In this document: piece by piece, positions 1 to 7,057 of the stretch
Numbering within the stretch: position 1 is the stretch's first letter
Layout: each line of letters begins with the position of its first letter
DNA from: Proteobacteria bacterium UBA6492
GTDB lineage: Bacteria > Pseudomonadota > Gammaproteobacteria > UBA6429 > Thiohalophilaceae
Assembly (NCBI GenBank): GCA_002436485.1
Contig: DJMK01000037.1
Coordinates: 350 to 12,732, forward strand
Reading direction: 5' to 3'
DNA: 12,383 nucleotides
The notes under the pieces: generated by a model
Told to the model about the DNA's origin: nothing
What the model saw: the letters and a program-made list of their open reading frames with translations, nothing else
Database searches by the model: none
Translations under genes and position numbers: made by a program

Positions 1-588
1 GGCTGGTTCGGCTTCAACGGTGGTTCTACCCTGAAACTGGGTGGCATCTCAGTTGCTAACGAAGTAGCCAACGTGTTCCTTAACACCAACGCAGCGGCTG
101 CTGGTGGTCTGATAGCAGCACTGATTGTTGCACGCATCATGTTTGGTAAGGCTGATCTGACTATGGCACTTAACGGTGCACTGGCAGGTCTGGTTGCAAT
201 TACTGCAGAACCTGCTGATCCAACACCACTTGCCGCTACAATCATCGGTGCAGTCGGTGGCATCATCGTTGTCTTCTCCATTGTTGTTCTCGACAAGCTG
301 AAGATCGATGACCCGGTTGGTGCGATTTCCGTACACGGTACCGTAGGCCTGTTCGGCGTCATGGTTGTACCTGTTACCGATGGCGACGCGTCCTACCTGG
401 GACAGCTCGGCGGTGCAGCAACCATCTTCTTCTGGGTATTCATCACAAGCTTCATTACCTGGTTCATCATCAAGATGATCATGGGTATTCGTGTAAGCGA
501 GGAAGAAGAATACGAAGGCGTTGATATCGGCGAGTGCGGTCTCGAGGCCTATCCAGAATTTACCGGTACAAAAGGTTCCGGTATTTAA
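1..588 (+). CDS. amtB: Ammonium transporter (Amt/MEP family), C-terminal ~195 codons; 5' end lies outside the window
   Basis: The reading frame is open from base 1 (GWFGFNGGS..., the Amt signature region). The product has hydrophobic TM-rich sequence and an acidic C-terminal tail (EEEEYEGVDIGECGLEAYPEF) typical of the AmtB cytoplasmic tail. Stop is TAA at 586-588. Confidence 0.88.
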   Translation, partial: GWFGFNGGSTLKLGGISVANEVANVFLNTNAAAAGGLIAALIVARIMFGKADLTMALNGALAGLVAITAEPADPTPLAATIIGAVGGIIVVFSIVVLDKLKIDDPVGAISVHGTVGLFGVMVVPVTDGDASYLGQLGGAATIFFWVFITSFITWFIIKMIMGIRVSEEEEYEGVDIGECGLEAYPEFTGTKGSGI

Positions 589-616
589 TCTCTCCTTTTA
601 GGTGGTGAGTAAGCTT

Positions 617-644
617 AGGGGTGTCTTCGGACACCCCTTTTTTT
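617..644 (+). terminator. Rho-independent terminator of the amt gene
   Basis: A 9-bp GC-rich stem (AGGGGTGTC / GACACCCCT) closes a UUCG tetraloop at 626-629 and is followed by a T7 run at 638-644, 29 nt after the stop codon. Confidence 0.85.
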
Positions 645-793
645 ATGGAAAGCTATTGCGCTTGCTGATACCGCGTTAAAAATTTGTTCGGAATACTGAT
701 TTAGTAAATTGTAAACTCCGTTTCCCCACAAATCTTTGCCTCTTCTCAGCTGCGCTTAATACGCTTTCAATAAGCATTGAGTGGTTATTGTTT

Positions 794-1030
794 TTAGAGT
801 TTGTTATGGGTGCCGTCGCAGAAAGGTTTGTCGGCAGATTGCTTGCAGCCGCAGAGGAAATAGGTGTTTTTTTCGGTGACGGTAAATTTTTGCGGAGTAA
901 AGTCGGTATCGCTATGTGAGCCATCACAAAATGGCTGGCTTTTTGACAGACCGCAGGCACACCACCAGTAGTCACCAGGCTCAAGCTCAACGGCATAAGG
1001 CCCCTTTTTAGCGCAAACAGGTTCAGACAT
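794..1030 (-). CDS. Small CDGSH-type iron-sulfur domain protein (two CDGSH motifs)
   Basis: The 78-aa product has two copies of C-x-C-x(8-9)-F-C-D-G-[ST]-H ([17 protein letters not shown] and [17 protein letters not shown]). A strong SD (AAGGAG) sits 8 nt upstream of the ATG at 1028-1030. Stop is TAA. Confidence 0.85.
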   Translation of the reverse strand: MSEPVCAKKGPYAVELEPGDYWWCACGLSKSQPFCDGSHSDTDFTPQKFTVTEKNTYFLCGCKQSADKPFCDGTHNKL

Positions 1031-1110
1031 TTGTATGCTCCTTCCGTTTATATATGATGATAGACTTGATACTAGTCAACCCCTGCATGCCTGACAACTG
1101 ATAACAATGT
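1031..1110. promoter_or_regulatory. 80-bp divergent control region between the CDGSH gene and fetA-like gene; contains a weak Fur-box-like GATAACAATGTAT at 1100-1112 and TGATGATAGACTTGATAC at 1055-1072
   Basis: The region is AT-rich with a TATATA at 1049-1054. The candidate iron boxes match the GATAATGATAATCATTATC consensus only partially (about 9/13), judged by eye. Confidence 0.3.
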
Positions 1111-1704
1111 ATGGCTAAGTTAAAACTGGAAAATCTACAAATCGAGCACGTTGGCCCTGTTAATTTAACGGTAAACAGTGGGGAAATTGTCTGTATTTCC
1201 GGTGGTTCGGGGGCGGGTAAATCCCTGTTGCTACGGGCGGTTGCCGATGTGTTACCGCATGAGGGCGATGCATGGCTGGATCAGATGCAGGCAAGTCAAA
1301 CGAACCCGCCAACCTGGCGCAAAACAGTTGGCTTGCTTTCCGCAGAAAGCCAGTGGTGGTTTGATACCGTGGGTGAACATTTCACCTGCAAGAATAACGA
1401 GTTGCTTAACAAGCTGGGATTTAACAGCGATACATGGGGCTGGTTGGTATCACGCTGTTCCACTGGCGAAAAACAGCGCCTCGCGTTGTTACGTCTGTTA
1501 TGTAACCAGCCGCGTGCGCTATTACTGGATGAGCCGACCGGCAGCTTGGATGCAAGAAATACCTCCGTGGTGGAATCGATCATTCGTGAGTATGCAAAAG
1601 AAAAACAGGTGCCAGTGATCTGGGTTAGCCACTCTGAAGAGCAAATCAGGCGAATCTGCAAAACTCACTATGAAGTTGAAAATGGTCAACTGGTAAATGC
1701 ATGA
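1111..1704 (+). CDS. fetA: ABC transporter ATP-binding protein, YbbL/FetA-like (putative iron export ATPase)
   Basis: The product has Walker A GGSGAGKS, a signature-like CSTGEKQRLALLRLL, and Walker B LLLDEPTGSLD. It is ~200 aa with no fused TM domain. Its stop overlaps the start of the downstream UPF0014 permease (ATGA at 1701-1704), the same pairing as E. coli ybbL-ybbM. No SD is obvious. Confidence 0.78.
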   Translation: MAKLKLENLQIEHVGPVNLTVNSGEIVCISGGSGAGKSLLLRAVADVLPHEGDAWLDQMQASQTNPPTWRKTVGLLSAESQWWFDTVGEHFTCKNNELLNKLGFNSDTWGWLVSRCSTGEKQRLALLRLLCNQPRALLLDEPTGSLDARNTSVVESIIREYAKEKQVPVIWVSHSEEQIRRICKTHYEVENGQLVNA

Positions 1705-2507
1705 GTGAATCGGTGATACAACTGCAACCTCTGCATCTGGCGATTTCTGCCTCGCTGGTGATTGTGCTTGCGCTACTGACATGGCACCTGCGACTGGGAG
1801 TAAGTGGACGTATTGTCATTGCTGCAATGCGAACCGTGCTGCAGTTATTGTTACTGGGTTTTGTCCTCGACTACCTTTTCAATATTTCTCACCCAATGTT
1901 GATCGCACTATTGGCGTTGGTCATGCTGCTGATCGCCGGTTATGAGGTAATGGCACGCCAACAACGACCATTTAAAGGATTATGGGGTTATGGGCTTGGC
2001 GCACTCTCCATGTTTATCTCGTCATTCACTATCGCCATCTTCACGCTGAACGTGGTGATTTCACCAGACCCATGGTACCTGCCGCAATATGCCATTCCAT
2101 TGCTGGGCATGATGCTCGGTAACACCATGACCGGTGTCGCCTTGACGCTGGATTACCTGACGAAAAACGCGTGGCAGTCGCGCGCTGTACTTGAGTCGAG
2201 ATTATTACTGGGTGAAGACTGGCGCAGCGCAATTGGGCAACTGATGCGAGACAGCGTGCGAACGGGCATGATACCAATCATCAACGCGATGGCTGCGGCC
2301 GGTATTATCAGTATTCCAGGTATGATGACCGGGCAAATTCTGGCAGGTAACAGCCCTCTGACCGCGGCAAAATACCAGATACTGATCATGTTTATGATAA
2401 CGGCAGGCACCGGTTTCGCGGCGGTACTTGCCAGCTGGATCGGTGCGAAGCGCCTGTTTGACAACCGTCAACGCCTTAGACTCGATCGCCTGCGACCACC
2501 GGGCTAG
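1701..2507 (+). CDS. fetB: UPF0014/YbbM (FetB)-like ABC permease, putative iron export permease
   Basis: The 268-aa polytopic membrane protein is translationally coupled to the upstream ABC ATPase by a 4-nt overlap. Its size and pairing match the FetAB (YbbLM) module. Stop is TAG at 2505-2507. Confidence 0.75.
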   Translation: MSESVIQLQPLHLAISASLVIVLALLTWHLRLGVSGRIVIAAMRTVLQLLLLGFVLDYLFNISHPMLIALLALVMLLIAGYEVMARQQRPFKGLWGYGLGALSMFISSFTIAIFTLNVVISPDPWYLPQYAIPLLGMMLGNTMTGVALTLDYLTKNAWQSRAVLESRLLLGEDWRSAIGQLMRDSVRTGMIPIINAMAAAGIISIPGMMTGQILAGNSPLTAAKYQILIMFMITAGTGFAAVLASWIGAKRLFDNRQRLRLDRLRPPG

Positions 2508-2509
2508 TT

Positions 2510-3361
2510 TTATTCCAGTGCCTCTGCCAGCAACGGGGTTTCCTCCATTGCTGCTTTGTGCATGGCGTAATTGTAGTAACGAGTCTTGAACGGTTTGTCC
2601 CTGACGGCCTGTTCACGAAAGCTTTTGAGGTTGCCGCCTTTTGTAGCCAGCGTGGCACTCCACCATCCGGATGGATAGACCGGTTGTGGAAAGTCCAGTG
2701 TATGCACATCATCAAAGCCGGCATTACGCATGGCGTTACGCATATCGTTGATCAGTTTGACATGGTAAAGCGGCGATTCGCTCTGTTGTACCAGGATACC
2801 TTCATTACCCAGTGCCTTGTGACAGTCACGATAAAATGCCTCGTTAAACAGGCCTTCTGCCGGGCCGATCGGATCGGTGCTGTCGACGATAATCACGTCA
2901 TAACGGCCAGGCTCGGCATCCTTTACCCACTTGATACCATCAACGAAATGCAGTTCTGCGCGCGGATCACCATTTGAGGAACACAGGTCAGGAAAATATT
3001 GTTCTGACAGGCGAGTAACCCGCTCGTCGATTTCAACCTGTTGTGCCTGTTTGACTTCTGAATGCTTGAGCACCTCTTTGAGTGTGCCGCAGTCGCCGCC
3101 GCCGATGACCAGCACGCGCTTCGGTGAGGGGTGTGTGAACAGCGCGGGATGGGTCATCATTTCATGGTACAGGAAATTGTCCCGGTCACTGAGCATGATA
3201 AAACCGTCAATCACCATCAGTGTGCCGTACTTGCTGGTTTCATAGATCTCGATTTTCTGAAAGTCACTCACTTCTTCATGCAGTTTTTCAGTGACCTTTA
3301 GCGAAAAGGAAGAGCCACATTCTTCGCAAACTTCCGTGAACCAGCTGTCGTCAAGTGCCAT
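2510..3361 (-). CDS. speE: Spermidine synthase (polyamine aminopropyltransferase)
   Basis: The product has the GGGDCGTLKEV motif (GGGDGG-type AdoMet pocket), DSTDPIGPAEGLF (the DxTDPIGP aminopropyltransferase motif), and YHEMMTH. I chose the ATG at 3359-3361 (MALDD...) because a GGAG lies 6 nt upstream. The ORF-track start at 3373 is a TTG. Confidence 0.9.
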   Translation of the reverse strand: MALDDSWFTEVCEECGSSFSLKVTEKLHEEVSDFQKIEIYETSKYGTLMVIDGFIMLSDRDNFLYHEMMTHPALFTHPSPKRVLVIGGGDCGTLKEVLKHSEVKQAQQVEIDERVTRLSEQYFPDLCSSNGDPRAELHFVDGIKWVKDAEPGRYDVIIVDSTDPIGPAEGLFNEAFYRDCHKALGNEGILVQQSESPLYHVKLINDMRNAMRNAGFDDVHTLDFPQPVYPSGWWSATLATKGGNLKSFREQAVRDKPFKTRYYNYAMHKAAMEETPLLAEALE

Positions 3362-3445
3362 TAAATACTCCAAAAATGCTATACGTTGTAAAAAGATTTA
3401 TTTATATTGTCCATCCTGTTGAACCTTGCATGCAAGTGGAGATTC
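3362..3445. promoter_or_regulatory. 84-bp divergent promoter region between speE and speA; perfect 10-bp palindrome TTGCATGCAA at 3426-3435 immediately upstream of the speA SD (GGAG 3438-3441)
   Basis: The region is AT-rich (TTTATTTATATTG). The palindrome abuts the speA ribosome-binding site. Promoter elements were not resolved confidently. Confidence 0.35.
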
Positions 3446-5338
3446 ATGGCTGACTGGACGATTGATGATGCCCGCCGCACCTACAACATTGCTCACTGGA
3501 GCAGTGGTTATGTGGATGTCAACGACAACGGAAACCTTAGCATCCATCCTGCCAAATCAGCAGGACCGGGTGTCGATCTGTATGAGCTCGCCATGCAGGC
3601 AGCCGAGCAACTTACCTTTCCAATCTTGCTGCGATTTAACAATATTCTGCATGATCGCGTTGATACGCTGTACTCGGCCTTTAGCAACGCGATTTCGCAG
3701 GATGACTACCAGGGACATTACACGGCGGTCTACCCGATCAAGGTAAATCAGCAGCGTAGCGTGGTTGAGCAGATCCTGGCGCATGGCAAGGGACGGGTCG
3801 GGCTGGAGGCCGGTAGCAAGCCCGAGCTAATGGCGGTAATGGCACTGTCTGAGCCCGGCGGGGTGATTGTCTGCAACGGGTACAAGGACCGGGAATATAT
3901 CAGGCTAGCCTTGATCGGCCGCTCGCTCGGGCAACGTATATATATAGTAATAGAGAAACCGTCGGAGCTGGACCTGGTCATTCAGGAAAGCCGCAAGCTG
4001 GGGATCGAGCCATTACTGGGCATGCGGGTGCGCCTTGCCTCGATTGGTGCAGGCAAGTGGCAAAATACCGGCGGCGAGAAGTCCAAGTTTGGTCTGAATG
4101 CCGCACAGCTACTCGGTGGCGTGGAAAAACTACAGGATGCCGGACTGCAACATTGCCTGCAGATGTTGCACTTTCATCTCGGTTCACAACTGCCCAATAT
4201 TCGCGACATTCAACGTGGTATGCGTGAGTGTGCGCGTTACTATGCCGAGTTACGAAGTCTTGGCATAAATATCAACTGTATCGATGTTGGTGGTGGGCTG
4301 GGTATCGACTATGAGGGTACGCGCTCGCGCAGTTACTGCTCAATGAACTATTCAGTTGATGAATATGCACATAACGTGGTGCATGCACTGTGGGAAATAT
4401 GTGAAGAACAGGATTTGCCGCACCCGGATATTTTCAGCGAATCTGGCCGCGCTTTAACTGCGCATCATGCGGTCTTGGTAACCAATATCATCGATACTGG
4501 TTCAGCGCCGGATAACAATGATGCAAGCGCGCCGGATGACGAAGATCCAATTATCCTGCATGACATGTGGCGCCACTATACTGCGCTGAGTGCAGAGCAG
4601 CAAAACAGCTCGCTGGCTGAAATTTATCATGACATTCACCACGTTTTGTCAGAAGCGCAGGCGATGTATACCCACGGGGTCATCAACCTGGCGCAACGCG
4701 CTTATGTTGAAGATCTGTACTTTGCCATGTGTTATCGGATTCGTGAAAAACTTAATCCTGCAATGAAACAGTATCGGGATATTCTGGATGAGCTGAATGA
4801 GAAACTGGCAGATAAGTATTTCACCAACTTCTCGCTGTTCCAGTCCTTGCCGGACGTGTGGGCGATTAAGCAGATTTTCCCAGTAATTCCCCTACATCGG
4901 CTGAATGAACAGCCAACTCGACGTGGCGTGATCGAGGATATCACCTGCGATTCAGATGGTCGTATTGACAGTTATGTCGATAATGAGGGCATTGAAAGCA
5001 GTTTACCGCTGCACGCATTTAACCGGGATGAGAAATACCTGTTGGGAATGTTCCTGGTGGGTGCTTACCAGGAAATACTTGGCGATATGCACAACCTGTT
5101 TGGCGATACCGATGCGATTGATGTGACTATCAAACCGGATGGCAGTTATAGCCTGAGTAATGCCATGCATGGTGATACGGTTGATTCAGTATTACGTTAT
5201 GTACATTTTGATCACAGTGAACTACTGAAAAAATATCAGCAGAAGTTACAGGCTTCAGAGCTGAATGAAGGTCAGCGAAAAATGTTTATCGAGGAACTGG
5301 AAGCCGGTTTGACCGGTTATACCTACCTCGAGGATTAG
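3446..5338 (+). CDS. speA: Biosynthetic arginine decarboxylase (PLP-dependent)
   Basis: The product is collinear along its full length with E. coli SpeA (RTYNIAHW, YPIKVNQ, EAGSKPELMA, CNGYKDREYIRLALIG, HFHLGSQ, GGGLGIDYEGTRS, ESGRALTAHH, DITCDSDG, GAYQEILG, GYTYLED). The start is the ATG at 3446 with a GGAG 5 nt upstream. The ORF-track start at 3407 is a TTG with no SD. Confidence 0.93.
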   Translation: MADWTIDDARRTYNIAHWSSGYVDVNDNGNLSIHPAKSAGPGVDLYELAMQAAEQLTFPILLRFNNILHDRVDTLYSAFSNAISQDDYQGHYTAVYPIKVNQQRSVVEQILAHGKGRVGLEAGSKPELMAVMALSEPGGVIVCNGYKDREYIRLALIGRSLGQRIYIVIEKPSELDLVIQESRKLGIEPLLGMRVRLASIGAGKWQNTGGEKSKFGLNAAQLLGGVEKLQDAGLQHCLQMLHFHLGSQLPNIRDIQRGMRECARYYAELRSLGININCIDVGGGLGIDYEGTRSRSYCSMNYSVDEYAHNVVHALWEICEEQDLPHPDIFSESGRALTAHHAVLVTNIIDTGSAPDNNDASAPDDEDPIILHDMWRHYTALSAEQQNSSLAEIYHDIHHVLSEAQAMYTHGVINLAQRAYVEDLYFAMCYRIREKLNPAMKQYRDILDELNEKLADKYFTNFSLFQSLPDVWAIKQIFPVIPLHRLNEQPTRRGVIEDITCDSDGRIDSYVDNEGIESSLPLHAFNRDEKYLLGMFLVGAYQEILGDMHNLFGDTDAIDVTIKPDGSYSLSNAMHGDTVDSVLRYVHFDHSELLKKYQQKLQASELNEGQRKMFIEELEAGLTGYTYLED

Positions 5339-5347
5339 GAGTAGAAA

Positions 5348-5623
5348 ATGGATCAGATATTAATTGAACATAACCCTGCAACAGCAAAGCTCGAAGTCAT
5401 GGGTATATTTGGCTGGCCTATCTGGAGTAAGGAAGCATCAACCTTTCCTTGGACCTATGATCAAACAGAAACCTGTTATTTTCTTGAAGGTGAAGTGGTC
5501 GTTACGCCGGAAGATGGCGAACCCGTCGAGATGGGTGCCGGTGACCTGGTGACTTTTCCAAAAGGAATGTCATGTACCTGGGAAATCAGGCAGGATGTAA
5601 AAAAACACTATAACTTCGAATAA
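5348..5623 (+). CDS. Small cupin-fold protein (cupin_3/DUF861-like), 91 aa
   Basis: AGGAG at 5337-5341 overlaps the speA stop, with the ATG 9 nt after speA. The product has a cupin motif region G(x)5...E...G...F-P-K-G (MGAGDLVTFPKGMSCTWEI). Size is typical of single-domain cupins. Confidence 0.72.
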   Translation: MDQILIEHNPATAKLEVMGIFGWPIWSKEASTFPWTYDQTETCYFLEGEVVVTPEDGEPVEMGAGDLVTFPKGMSCTWEIRQDVKKHYNFE

Positions 5624-5627
5624 GCGC

Positions 5628-6314
5628 CTACCGCCTGAGTATCGCAATCCAGCGCCACAGGTTTAGCAAGCTGGCTAGTGAGGCAGCCACGTAAGTCAGC
5701 GCTGCCGCCTTGAGAATACGCCGCGCAGCCGGTCTATCTTTTTCTTCAATGTAATTACCCTTGATCAAAATCGGCAATGCCTTGTTAAAGCTGGCATCAT
5801 ATTCGACCGGTAAGGTAACGAAATGCACGATGGTAGCTATACCCATACTGGCAATGCCGGCGAGAAACATCAGCACACCGATCAACGGAGAACGCGATAC
5901 CAATGCAATGATTGGTAACAGCACCAACAAACCTGCTCCCATTTGCTGTATGACCTGCGCAACAGAAACCAGTCGAGTGCGTAATGCCAGCTTGCTTTCA
6001 TTGTGATGATCCTGAATAGCATGTCCCACTTCATGGGCCGCTACTGTTATTGCGGTAAGCGATTTTACGCCATAGTTTTTGGGGCCCAGCCGTACTGCCT
6101 TGTCGGCAGGGTCGTAGTGATCTTCGCCTTCATTGGTTTCCTCTACCTTGACATGTGACATGCCAAGTTGCTCGAGCAGGTGGCGGGCCAGTTCGGCACC
6201 GTTACCGGGAATATCATTGCGCGGTTTGGCGTAACGCTTGAACGTGTATTGTGCCCACAATTGTGGGCCGAATACCGCGACAAGTAATAACAATATAATG
6301 ATAACGATGTGCAT
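5628..6314 (-). CDS. Membrane zinc metallopeptidase (HExxH; YugP/Zn_peptidase_2-like)
   Basis: The product has an N-terminal TM helix (IVIIILLLLVAVF), an HEVGHAIQDH zincin motif and C-terminal TM helices. It is 228 aa, consistent with the small putative neutral Zn metallopeptidase family. Its stop lies 4 bp from the cupin stop. Confidence 0.72.
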   Translation of the reverse strand: MHIVIIILLLLVAVFGPQLWAQYTFKRYAKPRNDIPGNGAELARHLLEQLGMSHVKVEETNEGEDHYDPADKAVRLGPKNYGVKSLTAITVAAHEVGHAIQDHHNESKLALRTRLVSVAQVIQQMGAGLLVLLPIIALVSRSPLIGVLMFLAGIASMGIATIVHFVTLPVEYDASFNKALPILIKGNYIEEKDRPAARRILKAAALTYVAASLASLLNLWRWIAILRR

Positions 6315-6329
6315 AATAGGATTAACGCT

Positions 6330-6352
6330 ATTTATACGTTAACGGGTTAACC
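6330..6352 (-). promoter_or_regulatory. Candidate promoter/operator of the Zn-peptidase gene: minus-strand TATAAAT (-10) at 6330-6336 plus adjacent tandem palindromes CGTTAACG/GGTTAACC (6337-6352)
   Basis: The -10-like hexamer lies 16 nt upstream of the ATG. There is no SD, so the mRNA is probably near-leaderless. The palindromes lie in the 47-bp gap between the ftsN-like stop and the peptidase start. Confidence 0.3.
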
Positions 6353-6361
6353 TTGCTATGC

Positions 6362-6967
6362 TCAGGAGCGCAGTTTGACAATAATGGCGTTGAAACCGTT
6401 GTCTTTTAGCCGTTTGTTCACCTGGTTCAGTGTGGCCAGGTCCTGCAACGGGCCAACACGTACACGGTGCCAGGTGTCGTCGTTAATGCGTACCGACTGT
6501 ATATTCGCCTTGATCCCGTGTAGCGCAAGCCTGGCTTTTAGTTCATCGGCCTGCTCATGTTGCTTGAACGATCCGACCTGTAGCATGTAATCGATATTCT
6601 CTGTGGTTTGTGTTTTGTCGGTAGAACTTTTGGCGATCTCCTGTTCGGGTACTCGTACCTCCAGCTCCGGTAATATGTAATAAAAATCAAAACTGGGTTT
6701 GACTTCATTCTTACTGGAATCATCTGTTTTAGCTTCAGGTGGGGGAGGCGGTGTGGACTTGTCTTTTTTTACCGCACGTACATCGTTGAAAGTGTCCTTG
6801 ATTGCCCGTGCTAACGCGTCTTTTTGTGTTGGGTGGGTAGAGTTATTCAGGTAAACCAGAAAGGCAACAAACAGGCCGATAGCAAGACCACCGAGCATCC
6901 ATACCCAGCCGGGTAACTGGCCCGGTTTTTTTTGGCGGCGGTTTGATTTTGCATAGTCACGCGGCAT
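6362..6967 (-). CDS. ftsN: FtsN-like cell-division protein: short cytoplasmic RDY N-terminus, one TM helix, Pro-rich linker, C-terminal SPOR domain
   Basis: The N-terminus MPRDYAKSNRRQKK resembles the E. coli FtsN MAQRDYVRR start. A TM helix (WVWMLGGLAIGLFVAFLVYL) follows. The linker contains PPPPPEAK. The C-terminal ~75 aa match SPOR (LQVGSF...ADELKARL...WHRVRVGP...). The gene lies immediately downstream of argS, as ftsN does in Pseudomonas-type genomes. Confidence 0.66.
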   Translation of the reverse strand: MPRDYAKSNRRQKKPGQLPGWVWMLGGLAIGLFVAFLVYLNNSTHPTQKDALARAIKDTFNDVRAVKKDKSTPPPPPEAKTDDSSKNEVKPSFDFYYILPELEVRVPEQEIAKSSTDKTQTTENIDYMLQVGSFKQHEQADELKARLALHGIKANIQSVRINDDTWHRVRVGPLQDLATLNQVNKRLKDNGFNAIIVKLRS

Positions 6968-7057
6968 ATGTATAGATTACTGTAAATTCTGGCAATTCAC
7001 CACTGCCAAAAATTTCTCAACGAAAATACTTTAAAAGCTTGTGCAGAATATCAGCTG

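Noticed and set aside
644-793. 150-bp gap between the amt terminator and the CDGSH stop, as a possible sRNA or small ORF
   Set aside because: There is no convincing promoter-plus-terminator pair and no SD-preceded small ORF. Only weak, imperfect inverted repeats are present. It is most simply the 3' UTR region of the minus-strand CDGSH gene.
676-996. 106-aa minus-strand ORF overlapping the CDGSH gene in another frame
   Set aside because: It lies entirely within the well-supported CDGSH gene and its 3' flank. It has no SD and a low-complexity, Ser/Thr/Asn-rich composition typical of a shadow ORF.
1178-1782. Alternative-frame and antisense ORFs inside fetA (1178..1618 +, 1296..1661 -, 1522..1782 -)
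   Set aside because: The fetA frame carries intact Walker A, signature and Walker B motifs. The others are Cys/Arg/Trp-rich out-of-frame artefacts.
2041-2977. Antisense or out-of-frame ORFs within fetB and speE (2041..2277 -, 2153..2464 -, 2205..2471 -, 2476..2724 -, 2558..2977 +, 2931..3245 +)
   Set aside because: They are shadow ORFs opposite or overlapping genes with clear family motifs, and none has a ribosome-binding site.
3362-3445. ORF-track starts at 3373 (speE, TTG) and 3407 (speA, TTG)
   Set aside because: Both are TTG codons without SD. The downstream ATGs at 3361 and 3446 each have a GGAG at proper spacing and match the N-termini of characterised SpeE and SpeA. Features were trimmed accordingly.
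3426-4187. Out-of-frame and antisense ORFs inside speA (3426..3746 +, 3557..3784 -, 3748..3981 -, 3978..4187 -, 4732..4944 -)
   Set aside because: speA aligns along its full length with known arginine decarboxylases. The alternatives are Arg/Cys/Ser-rich artefacts of GC-rich codon positions.
5364-5552. 62-aa ORF in an alternate frame of the cupin gene
   Set aside because: The cupin frame has SD-coupled initiation and a recognisable cupin motif; the alternate frame has neither.
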